A DNA stretch of 64,000 bases from Lama guanicoe (Eukaryota). The stretch is taken from the NCBI GenBank assembly GCA_013239625.1, contig MU054323.1, forward strand, positions 6,251,220-6,315,219, given 5' to 3'. Every line of letters begins with the position of its first letter. The first letter of the stretch is position 1. The position numbers were made by a program, and so were the translations under genes. Below, piece after piece: positions 38,947-52,176 of this stretch. The notes under the pieces were generated by a model. The model had not been told where the DNA came from. It made no database searches and saw only the letters and a program-made list of their open reading frames with translations.

Positions 38947-41900
38947 CATCAAATTCCACAAGAGAAATACGCAAACTATGTTATGTGATAGATGTTCCTT
39001 GATCTTGGATAACTTATTATGAAAGTATCAGTTCTCTGCAAATTAATCTAGGAATTCAAAAATATTCCCAATCAAAATTCTAGTTGGATCTTTTGAGAAC
39101 TCTATAATCTGAACTGGAAATAAATATAAAAATAAAAGTCCTTGAATATTACAGTCAACTTTGAAAAATAACAAAGAGGAAGAACTTGCCATTCAGGATA
39201 TTAAGACATACCTTGAAACCACAACCACAGAAACAGTATGGTACTGCCATAAGAATAAACAGACCAACAAAAAAAAGAATACAGAGATCAAAGCAGAATA
39301 TATATGGGAACTTGGTGTATTATAAATTGGTACTACAAAGGATAGACTGTCTAGTAAAATGAATAAACAATCAAAGACCTAAACAGGAAAAGTAAAACTA
39401 TACGTGTGTACAGCTTCACAACATAAAAAGTTTCCCTTACTATGGGACAAAAAAGGTTAAAAGCCACTGATCTATAATATTCTTGGGAAAAAGAAATAGC
39501 AACTCCAGTAGAAAATTTTAAAATATTAACAAGCATTTTAAAGATGAAGAAATAAAAAAATTTACTATGGAAATAAAGAATTGCTCATTATGAATAATAA
39601 TCAAAGAAAAGCAATTAAAAGGCTAGATATTACCAAAATATTGGCAGGGGTGTGGGGACACAGGAACCCCTATACACTACTAGAAATGGAGACTAGAACA
39701 GCGAATCTGGAGATAATATTTAAGTACATGTATACTCTGTTCTACTCATGGGTATTTAATTGCAGCATATAACATACAAGGAGTGCACTGTACAACTCCA
39801 AGGGGAGCCAGTCACATAGACTATACTGAGAATGGTGCCTCCTTGACTTTTGCAACACAGTTGCCCAGTAACAATGAAACAAAGAGACAAAAATGTTTGC
39901 CCACATGGCACTTAACATTTTAACCTAGTAGTGGGTTGATAAACATTTACTGATTGAATGAAAGAACAAAGGAATCAGCAAGCCTCACTACCAAAAGTCA
40001 GGCTCAATTATCTCCAAGTTCCTATCTGGCACAAACTAGTAACACTAAACATGTTTCAGTCAACAATATGTATCTTCATATATAAATATGCCATATAATG
40101 TCTTTTCAAGAGGTTTAAAATGTGAAACATTTTTTTCAAATGGAGAAAGAACACTTATCTCCCTCAGAGATATACAATGATAAATGAATACCACCAAGCA
40201 GAGGGAAAGATGGCAGCACAAGTACACATCTAATGGAGATCACAGGCCTCAGATTTGGTCTCTTTATAGAGATTTTTTTTCCCTAAACCATCTTTAAAAT
40301 ATTGGGAAACAAAAATATTGAAAGAAAAAAAAAAGACCTCTACATGATATGTCTTTTCCTCTTCCAACACCCACCCTCTGAAATCAAGCAGCAATTACTG
40401 AAAATTGCTGTCCTATATTTCATATCCCTGTAGGCTACTGTTCATACTTCCAGTTCCAATACAATACTAGAAAACACAACACCAGACAGGCTAGTAAAAA
40501 TCTTTCTATACACACATTGTACAGTATTTCCTGGCTGTACAACAGCGGCCTTCTTCACTTTCTCAGATGTCTATGAAAATTGATTGAATAGCATCAAAGA
40601 GTAGCGATAAATACAGATGAGACAAGACATACAAGTGGAGAAGACAGAACCAGATTTAAGTATTACCCTACTGCCTATTGCCTATTTGACCTTCTATAGG
40701 CTATTTAACCTCCTTAGCAATTCAATTTACTCCGCTGTAAAATGGGGGGAGGGGTTACTATCACCTGCCTTATAAGGTTGTTGCAAGGATTAAATGAGAC
40801 AGCATTAAACATTTGGCATGAGATGCTAATTAACCTCAGTTTACTCCTCTCCTTATTAGGCTATCATCAAATGGGCTGAAGGGCAAACTGCAAAAAGTAA
40901 ACACAGTGAAAGTGAAGATTGCTAATATGAAAATAATTTCAAATGAGGGTACTTTCCACTCATTCACTCAAAAAACTATTTAGCACTATGTCTGGAAGGC
41001 ACTGTTGCATGCACTCAGGACACAGCAGTCAACATGACAATCTATCCTTAAAGAACATCAAAGAGATCCACTCAAAACATTCAGTGAGTAAAGGATTAGA
41101 ACTCTTATCTGAGTTCCGTGTCATCTGGCCCCTACCTTGAACTGATTTATCCTGTTAGTAATTTCTCATATGTATACTACATGCATAATTAGAGCGCTGA
41201 AGGTAAGGGTTATGTCTTATTTACTCTCTATTCTCAAAGTCCAATCATAACAATTTTCACATACTAGATCAGCTCCTTAATAAGCTGTTCATTCATTCAT
41301 TTAACAAATATTTATTAAGCATCTTCTATATGCCAGATGCTGCACTAGGCCCTGGGAATACAGCAGTTAGGGGGAAAACAAGCTATAGAGGCCACCCTTA
41401 TGGGGTTTATAACCCAATCTAATAAAAGGGTCTGGGGAAAAAAACCTTAAGCAAAGGTATATATATCTTTCCTCCAGATAAAACTACAATAACAATCTAA
41501 AAATGGGGGAAAAAAATCTTATACCAAAATACTTTATAATTCAAAAGCATTTGAAGTTTAGACTCTTACAGCATATATTCATATATTCAAAGCACCTGAA
41601 AGCTAATTATAGCCTACTAATTTTAATGTAGATATCTTTTCTATTGTTTGATGTAAGCCACATACAACACTTCTCTCTCTAAAAATGTCTAACTCATATT
41701 TAAATAAAGTTAATACATTTTACATATGGCTTCTCCCCCTAACTTTGTACTTCCACAGAACTTTTTATCCAAAAATCCAAACGCTTTTTACTCAATAACT
41801 CATTGTTCACAAAATCCTCCTGCAGCAGAGGGGGAGCAGTTATGCCCCCAGGAAGACATAACAGAAATATAAGATATTCTTAGCAAAAGACCAAAAACCC

Positions 41901-44280
41901 AGAAATCAAGAAATTACTCAGTGATGTACACAAATTAAACTTCATTGTGCATGTCCTTTCTCGCCAACAAAAAAACAATCCAAATACACAATTCAAATGC
42001 AGGACTTTCCTGAAGTGGATCCTTGAAGAGACAGATCACTCCCCTATTCAGGTGCAGACACTGGTTGGGCTCCTTAGTTCTTTTAACAAGGGTTAATCCT
42101 ACCACCTGTCCACCTAACTTTCAGGTTATAGATTTATCTACAATTAGGTATTTAGGATTCATGCAATCAAGGACCCATCAAAAGATAGTTAAAAGACAAC
42201 TTGCCAGGGAAAATGATTTAAGAAATTAATAGGTATTTACTTATACAAGTGTTGTAAATTTCACCCATGACCTAACAAACTGCAAGTCTGTCTACTTGGA
42301 CTACAGAAATGGCCAATAATTGAATTTTTTTAAGTTGTATTTTCAGTTGGACACCAGAGATAATCCTATGAACTCTAGAGCTGCTTTGGTTCAAAATTGT
42401 GACAGGAGAAATTATTTTACCACGTTACTCAGTATCGCCTATGTGATGCTCCATGTGAATTTGATAAAAGGAAAAACTTGCTCTACTCTGAGGAACTTGA
42501 ATTTTTCCCTACTCATCTGAGAGTTATCTACATGGCTACATTTCCTTCTCAGACTTCTTTTTCATGTTTATCCCTCAGTTTTGACCACTCTGCTTGTGTT
42601 ACGCTGGCAAATGCATGAGAGTCGGAAAAGAATAAGTACAGAATGAAAAATGGGGGGGAAAGCGTATTAAAGAAGGATAGAGAGGGGTTTTTTTAATAAA
42701 ATTAAGATAAAGAAAATTTACCTACAAAGTTACTTAAAATATGCATTTTGATCCTCACAACTAAGATGTGGACTCAAAAAAACACAAAAAGCTAGTGACA
42801 AGCTAAACATACCGTCAAACAGGCTTAACAGATAGAAAAAGTTGAAATATTTTTCAAAGACTGCTTTCAGATTCTGTGAATACAGTATTAGTTTGCTGAG
42901 AGTGACTCTTAGGTGGAGCAAATAAATGCTAATTACTGATGATCAGATTAATTGACTTAAAAGAGGTCAAGTCTAATCCATGCTAAACAAACAAAAAAGC
43001 CAAGTATATACTAATTACATACAACTAACTACAGAGCACAAGTTAACTTGACATTAAAAAAGTTTGAGCACAAGAAAATCATTCCGATAACCTACAGAGT
43101 GTATCGTATGTTTATTTCCCCACCCTGCACATACTTGGGGAAAAGGCAAAGCTATAGGACAGCCCATGGTCCTAAGGCTTTTTAAGCAAATGAAGTAGGT
43201 CCAGACAATGGGTGAAATAGTCTAAAAAGAGAGGGGAGGGAGAGAACAATCAGCATCAAGTGTAAAGTGAAGAACATCACACAAAACAGAAAAAGGGGAA
43301 CCTCTTCAATTCATATTGTAAAAAGAGGAATACGTTTCTTCCTACAGAAATAAGAGTTTCCTAAAGCAACAGCACAAGCAACCCCATTTTCCACCAAGTG
43401 AGTCTTTACAGACGTTAAGCAAATGTCTAAGACACCACAGACATACAGGGTGCCTTTAAAGTACACTAGAAAGGGTGAACAAGGAGAGGTGCTAAATTCT
43501 TGTAATGTAAAACCAACTTGAGAGGGAGAGCTTATCCAACTCAAATCAATCCATTTCAGAAATACATAGCAAAGAAATATACAGCCTGCTTCATAAATAT
43601 ACAATCCACAAGCCTAAGTTCAGACTTATAATATACCATCTTCTAAAAAACCAATCACAACATAGGATTAGTTAACTTCTTAAATTTCTTAGAGAAAGAA
43701 ATTAGATCACTCTATCATCTACTAGAGCCTGAATATAAATCTTAAAACTGAAAAACAAATATTTCAAATCTTTATTAGTCTCTTGTTTATGGTCATTTAA
43801 AACACTTTAAGAGGACCTTCGAAACAGAGTTTCATTAGCATCCTTCTAGAAAGAGCTAACAGCTTTCATTCTTTTAGCAATTTAAAAGCTACCACATATT
43901 CATTTCTACATTAGATTATTGATTCCTTGCCTTTTAATGTCTCCTAACAGCTGCTTGACAAATTACTTCACCTTATTCCTCAGGGGGTAAGGAAAGCATG
44001 ATATCCATGAATTCAAAAATGGGACCACAAACTGATCAGTGACAGATGAGCTAATTGCTTCAGATAAAGAGACACTGCTCTGATAGACTTGTTATTCATA
44101 GCAATTATACAATTAAATGCTTACACTCTAAATATTTCACTTGTACTTAAGGGTAGAGAACAAATGTTTCTGAAATTACTTTTATTTTAAAATATATGTT
44201 AGCTTCAGAAAGTCAATAACCTTGTACATGTTTGGAATAATTTATACAGAAAGCCTAGTTTTCAGTATGAGTATCGTGAA

Positions 44281-44372
44281 TAGCATGCACAGGGTCCTGG
44301 ATTCAATCCCAGTACCACTATTAATAAACAAACAAACAAACCTAATTACCTCCCCTCATCAAAAAAAAAAAA
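44281..44372 (+). mobile_element. 5'-truncated Vic-1-like SINE
   Basis: TAGCATGCACAGGGTCCTGGATTCAATCCC plus CTAATTACCTCCCC tail. Confidence 0.8.
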
Positions 44373-45449
44373 CCTATTTTTCCAGATTTTTAGCAAACTA
44401 AAAGCCAAATATATTTTCAAACATACATTATAGTTCAGAAAAATACAGTTAAATATGTCTGTGGTATTTGTCTCAGTTCGTTCGTGTCAGGCCAGTATGA
44501 GACAGAAAATGTACACACAAACCATAATCTTGTCGACCACTACAGAAAATAAAATATTACCTCCCTCCCCTAAGAATAACAAAATGGTGTGAATTTAAAT
44601 GAGTATTTTCAATTGACAATTTCCAGTCAAGCTATTCCCGGTAAATCAACCTCTCTCTAGACAGCAGCAACACTTTTTCGAATTCACAACCAGTCTCATA
44701 AAACAACCTTAACAATTCCTTTAAAGTGATCAAAAACACGTGCCAGCTTTACACTGTAATAAAATTTCAAGATCTATCACTTTAAAAAAAACCTCAATCA
44801 TCACCGTCCTTCTTCAAATGTCACTTTTACAGCAATGTCACAACGATGGTGTTAATTCACCTTTTATAAACTATTTCCATTACAAAAATGGGGACATCCA
44901 ATAAACCATACAATTCGGAGATGATAGTGCCTACTATCCACAACATTCGACATGTTTCTTTCGAAGTGCCGCTTTTGAAACATGAAGGCTCTACGAGAAA
45001 GCTCTACTGGGTCCCTACCAGAACCCTGGTTAGCTGGCTGGCTGACTCTCCAGCTACAGTATCACGTTTGATCGCTCCTGCCTGGAGAGGCGATGGTGTT
45101 GATTTTGTTTTTAAAGTTGGTGTCAGAGCAGCTACAAACTTTTTTTCAGCATCCCCGCCTGGCTGCCAACTGGAGCTCTCCGTTCACTTCCTCACTAACT
45201 TGAACCACCCCCAAACAGTTTGAGCGTAAGCCGGAGTTAGACACCGGCAGGAGCTGACACACTTACAAGAAGGGTTTGACACCGCAGAAAACTTTCACTT
45301 CTCCTCTCCAGCCCTTCCACCCAGGGACTCCCTTCGCTCCTGCTCCCCTAGAATTCCCCTCTCAGGCAGGACAAGGACACTGAAAGCAGGCCGTTCCAAT
45401 GTCCCCGAAAAGACACCCCCACACACACCCAGAGCCCTCTCCCCTGGAC

Positions 45450-46500
45450 TCAAGTCCCGTTCTTTACACAAAAGAGCCGGGCCAGCAAAGCTGTCGCGGC
45501 CCTACCTAGCCGGCTGCCATCCTCCACCGCACCCGCAGCCCCAGTCTCCAGCCGCCCGAGCGGTCTCCACTGGAGGTTTCCTGCCCCAACCCCGCCAGAC
45601 AAAGCCGGGCGGCCGGGCCGACGCGTGAAGCCTCCGGACTCGGGACGCCGCGCTCTTACCCGGGCCTCGTCCAGAGCGACGCCGGAGCCGCCGCTTCCCC
45701 CGGCCTTGGCGGCGGGGCAGCTGGCAGCGCGGGTCTTGGAGGATCGGGTCCGAGAGGAGATGAAATGGCTGCTGCCTCCAGTCGCCCCAGGCTCTACTCC
45801 GGCCCCAGGCCCAGGCCCGGGCCCGGGCGACTTAGACCCGAGAAGGCGCAGGGAGCTCTTCCGGGTGTTCACCATGGTCCAGCCAGGGGGACGGGGTCCA
45901 CACCGCGCCCGCCGCGCCCGGGAGAGCCAAGGAAGGCCGGCCCGCCGGCCGGGCAATCAGGGCCAGTGGAGCCGGGCCGGGAGAGACAAGCCGACCCGGT
46001 CTCTGCGGAGCGCAGACGAGGACAGGCAAGAGTAGGGCAGAGGAAGAGAAGTCGGCGTGAGAAGGCAGGTAGCGGGAGACGGAAGCGATGCTCCAGGCCG
46101 ACAGCTCAGACCCTCCGCCGGCTTCGCCCTCCTCAGCGGGAGCCGAGCGGAGCCGCCATTTCTGCCCCTTTCTCTCCCGTTCTCGCTCTTGAGCTCCGTG
46201 CGTCAGGGCTCCAGCGCCGCAGGGCCTACGAGACCGCTTCCGGCCGTGGCCGCTTGAGGGCGCTGCAAGGCCGGCCAGCCCTTCCCATGCCGGCAGCTCC
46301 CTCCTCTTCCCCCGCCCCTCCAGTAGGCCCCGCCCAGCGACGAGCCGTCAGCGCTGGGCGGTCAGGGAAGGGACGCTCTGGGCTGTATCAACTCTATGGT
46401 TTCCAGATCTAGCCGGCCGCCTCGGGACGGGGGATGGGAAAAATCAGGATGCGCGCCGGGCGAGCTCGCGAGTAGGAGCTGGTTTTGGAGCCTTCACACC
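45450..46500. promoter_or_regulatory. CpG island / ATAD2B promoter and 5'UTR
   Basis: Very GC/CpG-rich against an AT-rich background; GC box near 46310, YY1-type GCCGCCATTT at 46152-46161, CTCGCGAG palindrome at 46465-46472. Confidence 0.92.
45660..45875 (-). CDS. ATAD2B: ATAD2B coding exon 1 (216 nt, MVNTRKSS...ALDEAR)
   Basis: ACCATGG Kozak context at 45875; donor CGG|GTAAGA at 45659; ends in phase 0. Confidence 0.96.
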
Positions 46501-48554
46501 CTGCCAGGCTGAGTATCCCAGCACCCCTACCATCACCCCAGGTCGCCTGGATGGAGCAAGGAACGGCCGGTGAAGGCGAGGGTTGGGAGGGGACCAGTGA
46601 AGGTGAGGGCGCATGACCTGAGTTGGAATCCCAGGGACACCCAATGCAAGATAGTGAACTTGAGTCGCACTTTTCATGGCTGTAAAAATGTGAATGGTAA
46701 CTATGATAAAATAGATCTGTGGGGTATCTGACACACGGTAAGCTTAAGAAAGAACAAACGCTAGAACCCTGCGTCTTTAAACAAAGCAAGGCAGTGTTGT
46801 TTTCTATACCCTTAGCCGGATCTAAGGAAGAATCATAAAGAATGAATTCTTCCTCCTAAAAGCCCGCTCCGCCCACGCAGGAGTTAAGAATACAAAAAGC
46901 TGAACACAAAGATATAAAATGTGTGATTTAACTTTCAAGGAAAAAGATTAAGGAACACACTGAAAAGCTCTGCTGTATGTAGGAACTATGTTCATTTCCA
47001 AAAATTCTCAGTACCTTAGCTATAGAGAGTCTACTATTGGCAGAAGTTCTTCCTGTTTGCCTAGCTAAGAGAAATTGAAGACTCGAGAAAAGTCTTGTAA
47101 AAATCACCAATCTACATCAAAATTAGAGAATTGTAGCCATCCAAGCTCTTAGTTGTTCAACAAAACTGCGTAATGCCTTGAGAATTGAGAGAGTTTTTCT
47201 GTTAGGGAAACAGTAAGGATTCCAGGAAAGACAAATCCTTCTTACACTAATTTGCATACCACACCCTCACCAGGACACTTCAACCACCATTTAATGCTGG
47301 CCTCTTTTGGGTGTGGAGACCTCATAATGGAATGAGACCTGGGAGTTTTCCTGTGTCAATTAGCCATGAGATCATTGAACAGAATAAACAATTTCACTTC
47401 CTGCAGAAGGCTGGCTTTAAGTAGTATTTGAAATATCCTGAAGAGGTATATGGTATGCAAATTAGCACACACAAAGGACTGTTTTCTATTCAGATATGTA
47501 ATACAGATCAAAGGTTAGAAAATGCTGATAATAAGCAAAAAATGACAAAGTAAATTTTAAAAGAATGAGATAAAACTGACAAAAAGAGTAGAGTTCTTAG
47601 AGTAACTTGGACTTCATCAAGTATAACACTTTTGCTTTATGAATTACCCAGTGAAGATGATAAAAACCAGACAACAGACTGAAAGGAATGTTTGTAAGCC
47701 ATTTATCTCACAAAGGACTCATCTAAAATATAAAAACAACTCTCAAAATGCAAAATTAAAAAACCAAACAATCCAATTAGAAAATGAGGAAAAGATCAGA
47801 AGAGATATTTCACAGAAGATATACAGATGGAAAGTGAGCATATAGAAATATTTCAACATCACTAACCAGTAGTGAAATGCAAATTGAGACCATCAGGAGT
47901 TATTAAATACTTATTAGAAAAACTAAAACAAAAAATAGTGAAAATACCAAATGCTGATGAAGAGGCAAAGAAATTGGATCATTCATACATTGCTGGTGAG
48001 AATGTAAAATGATACAACAAATCTCAATCAGAAAAACAGTTTAACAGTTTCTCAAAAATCTGAATATACACTTACAATACAGCCCAGCAATTACAACCCT
48101 GGATATTTATTCCAAAGAAATGAAAATTATATCCACATAAAAAACTGTAGACCATAGTTCATTGCAGCTTCATTTGTAATAGCCAAAATGGAAAAAAAAA
48201 AAAAAGTCACTCATAAGTCAATGGTTAAACAAACTTTGGTACATCCAAAACATAGAATACTAGTCAACAACAAACGAGAATTAACTAGTGATACATGCAA
48301 AACTTATATGAATCTCAAAGGCATTACGCATTAGCAGGAGGAAGGAAATAACATATATGACAGCATAAAACAGTAAAATAGAAAACAAATAATAGAGAAA
48401 TTCAATTAAATCAAAACTTGATTCTCATAAAAAGAAACTAAAAAAGGAAAGATAATCCACTAGTCATATCAATCAAAGGGGACAAAAAGAGAGAAGACCC
48501 AAATTACACATTTCAGGAATGAAGTGTAAGCATCACTCAAGACCTTACAGGCTT

Positions 48555-48780
48555 GAGGTCAGCAAGCTTTTTTCTTGTTATAAATGGCCAGTTTGTAAAT
48601 ATCTCAGGCTTTGCAAGCCACGCATGGTCTATGTCATATATTCTTTCTTTTGGTTTGGTTTTTGCTTTATTTGTTTTTTAACAATCCTTTAAAAATGTAA
48701 AAACCATTTTTAGTTCACAAATATACATAAACAGGCGACAGACTAGATTTGGCCTATGGGCTGCTAATTGTCAACCTCTA
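48555..48780. mobile_element. MER58-like hAT DNA transposon
   Basis: GGTCAGCAAGCTTTTT..GGCCAG..GTAAATATCTCAGGCTTTGC..GATTTGGCCTATGGGCTG. Confidence 0.7.
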
Positions 48781-49832
48781 CTATAAATTTTAAAAGGACA
48801 ATTAATAAATAACGGGAAACAATTTAACTTTATGCCAATAAGTTTCAAAACATAGGTGAAGTAGATAAATTATTCAAAATGATACTAATTACCAAAGCTC
48901 ACTAGTAGAGAAATAGATAACCTGAATACCCCTATCATTAATTAAAGAAATTAAATTTGTAACTAAATACTATCCTACAAATGTTATATCAGTCCCAGAT
49001 GACTTCACTGGTGAATTCTATCCAATATGTAAGAAAAAACAATATCAATTTTACACCAATCTTTCAGAATATTGAAGAAGAAATATCTCTCAACTCATTT
49101 ATAAAGTCAGCATTACTCTTATGTTAAAACTGTTAACATAAAAGGAAACACAAACTAATTTTTACATAGAAAGACAAAAAAAAGTCCTTAACAAAATATT
49201 ACCAAATCAAACCCATAATATATAGAAAGAATGATAAATCATGACCAAGTGGGGTTTACCCCAGGCACACAAGATTGAAACATTTGAAACTAAAATAATC
49301 AATGCAATTCATCTCATCAACATAATAAAGGAGAATAACCATGCTAAAAAAGCATTTAACAAGTTCAATATCCTATGATTCTAGCAATTTCAATAAAATA
49401 GGAATAGAAGGTAACTTCTTCAACCAACCAAACAACACCCAAAAAAATTCTATAGCTAACATCGTAATGAATGGTGAAAGGTAATTGATTTCCCCCTAAT
49501 TTCAGGAACAAGGCAAGGATGTCTGCTCTAATCATTTCTATTCAACATTGTACTGAATGTCCTAGGCAATGCGGTAGTAAAGAAAAATAAATAAAAGATA
49601 AATAATTTGGAAAGGAAGAAGGAATTGTCTACTATGTCCTATGAAAATCTTATAGGAAATCTTAAGAAATCTGAAAAAACAAAACAAAAAACCTACTAAG
49701 TCTAATATGAGACAAAGTTTAGCAAGGTCACAGGATAGAAGATAAATTTATAAAAAATCAATTTATTTCTATATACTTGCAATAAACAATTGTGCATAGT
49801 TCGAAAGAGTACTGATAAATTTAACAGAATAT

Positions 49833-50009
49833 GGCCTCTCTTGCTCCCTCACCTTCCAAGACGGCCCACACTCTGTCTCTGGAGGGTGTATCTACTTTCA
49901 CTTTAAACTAAACACCCAACCCCGTACCTCTTGGCCTTTCTCTTGCCTTCTGAGATGGCCTGCACTCTGCCTATGGAGTGTACATCTCTTTAAGAATTAA
50001 AAAAAAAAA
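49833..50009 (+). mobile_element. LTR-like fragment with A tail and TSD
   Basis: Two diverged repeats (GGCC..CACTCTG..TGGAG..TGT..ATCT), A11 tail, TSD TTAACAGAATAT/TTAACAAAATAT. Confidence 0.6.
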
Positions 50010-50825
50010 TTAACAAAATATATGTTTATATACTGAAAACTAAAAAACATTGCTGAGGAAAAGGAAGATCTAAAGAAGTAGAGAGATTTACCAGATGACT
50101 TAATATTATTAGGATGAAAATTATTATCCCCAAATTGATCAATAGATTCAAGCTAATCCCAGTCAAAATCCCACCAGACATTTGGTAGAAATTAAGAAAC
50201 AATCTAAAATTTATATGGAGATTCAAAGAATCCAGAATCACCTAAACAATCAGGAAAAGAACAAAAGTAAAAAACTTACACTCCCTCACTTCAAGTCTTA
50301 TTACAAAGGTATAATAATCAAATAGGGTAGATATATAATCATATAGCTCACTAGAAAATATAGAAAGAGACACACATATGATTAGTTGATTTTTGCAAAG
50401 AGAAGGCCAAGGTAATAAATAGAGAAAGGATATTCTTTTCAATAAATGATTCTAGGATATACAGAACAACTGTATATCCTTCCTTGTGCAAAATAGTAAT
50501 AATAATAATAATAATAACCCTTGACCATGACCTCATGCTGTGTACAAAGACTAACTTCAGAGTGATCACAGACTTAAACACAAGGCCAAAACTGTAAATT
50601 TTTTAGTATAAAACCTACCATGGGGTAGGCAAAGACTTCTTACAAAGACCACAAAAACAAACTATCAAGGAAAAAGTTGATAGACTGGGCTTTCTCTTTG
50701 AAAGACACTTTTAAGTAAAGCAAGAGGGCAAAAGGCAAGCCACAGAGTGGGAGAAACTATTAATAAAAATAAAAACAGAAAATAATGATATAGAAAATAA
50801 AGACTTAACTGAAAGGATGAGCAAT

Positions 50826-51473
50826 TGTTAAGAGGAGGCAGATAGCTAAATATGAGCAGAGAAAGGGGGATGCAGATCAAATGACAGGATTTGGGCAGAC
50901 AGGAGGAGCACAGGCCAAATACATGAAACCATGTAAGTACCAGGGGTCCCTGGGCAGAGAAAGAAAAGCAGGTATCTCTGGGCTGATAAGTGGTCACACA
51001 TTTTGGGGTGACAAGAAGCCTGGAGGCCTACAAAGAAATGTGGGAAAAGACAGGAATCTCCACTGTCTGAATGTAACCTTTTGCTCATTCTGCCCTCATT
51101 ACAATAAAATTAGCCTTGCAGATTAAAAGTACCCATGATGCACCGATGCCATGACACTTCCAATTCAGACTAAATAAGGATAAAAATCCCTCCTTCCTTC
51201 AGGAAGGTGAAGTTCGGATGAAAATCAGGGAATACAACCCCAAACCCTTCCCTCCCCATTGAATATTCTACCCATTCATTTTTACACTCTATGTAACCAA
51301 CTTGCCAAAGAAACTCAGGGCAGCCACTCACCTAAGCCGGCCGGCTGTCCCTTTGAAAGAGTGCTATCTATCCCTTAAATCCTCACTTTACTTTCTTAAC
51401 CTCTGCGTCTTGTCTCTGAATTCTTTCTGGGACAGGACAGGAACCTGAACACTAGTTACATCTACTGGCAACA
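50826..51473 (+). mobile_element. Solo LTR (ERV1-class), 648 bp
   Basis: TGTTA...GGCAACA termini, 4-bp TSD CAAT at 50822-50825 and 51474-51477, U5-like CTCTGAATTCTTTCT. Confidence 0.8.
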
Positions 51474-51699
51474 CAATGACAACATTAGTTGGGTTTTTTT
51501 GTTTTGTTTTGTTTTATTCTGATGGAGTTAAGGTGAGACACTGTAACTCTATAAAAAGGTCCTCAGAGAAAAATTGTTACTGATTCCATAAACATGAGTT
51601 TCAAGAGATTATATTTTTAAGAAACATGACACATTTTTATGAACACTAAATCATGAGACAAAGTCTGAATTGGTGACATTAGAATTTTATACTCTCCAA

Positions 51700-51866
51700 T
51701 GTGATAACTATGACATGCGGCTATCTAAATTAAAAAATTAAACTTTAGTCCTTCAGTTATAATACCTATATTTTAATCATTTACTAGCCAAATGTTGCTA
51801 GTAGTTAATGTATTGGACAGTGCAGAAATAATTCCATCATCTCAAAAAGTTATATTAGACAGCTCT
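51700..51866. mobile_element. MER33/MER3-like DNA transposon
   Basis: GTATTGGACAGTGCAG..TTCCATCAT..AAAGTTATATTAGACAGC. Confidence 0.65.
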
Positions 51867-52176
51867 ACGTTAGAAATTCATTTTGAGATAGAGGAAATGC
51901 TCAAAGATCATCACTGTGTCCATGACCTGAAATGAATGGTTGGAGGGGCTACCAATTAGAACAGGGGGTGCAGGGTCATCAGCAAATTCCTGAGTGTCAT
52001 GGATCATCTGTCTTTGTCAAGTCAGGAGGCATTTACTGAACCCAGTTAGGTACCTGTGTAATAGCTACTGTGTAAGGTGCTCTGGAGAATAGCTATCAAA
52101 TATATTACCTTAGTCTGCACCCTTAAGGAGCTTACAGTCCTTTGTGAGTGTTTAGACTTGTAATTAAAAAAAAAAA

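Larger units (their letters stand above)
1788..46200 (-). other. ATAD2B: ATAD2B gene, 5' portion (exons 1-12; continues past position 1; TSS approximate)
   Basis: Twelve exons splice with GT-AG sites and matching phases into a 493-codon frame from MVNTRKSSLRLLGSKSPG to the AAA Walker A GPPGTGKT and [17 protein letters not shown], matching my recollection of ATAD2B. Confidence 0.96.
47590..50760 (+). mobile_element. Old L1M fragments (3' end and ORF2 pieces) with inserts
   Basis: Decayed ORF2 motifs (CATGACCAAGTGGGGTTTA, GGAACAAGGCAAGGATGTC). Confidence 0.8.

Noticed and set aside
42420..42665. Acceptor-like site (long pyrimidine tract, CAG at 42606-42604, minus strand) as a cryptic ATAD2B exon
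   Set aside because: No convincing donor nearby and no other support; such sites are common in introns.
45876..45956. 27-codon in-frame N-terminal extension of ATAD2B
   Set aside because: It starts at TTG, not ATG; the downstream ACCATGG is a strong Kozak start matching the recalled N-terminus.
45625..46789. ORFs of 136, 215 and 126 aa around the ATAD2B promoter
   Set aside because: CpG-island artefacts; the 136-aa frame is antisense to ATAD2B exon 1.
46824..46853. Short hairpin AGGAAGAATCAT..ATGAATTCTTCCT
   Set aside because: A 12-bp bulged stem is too short for a pre-miRNA and plausible by chance.
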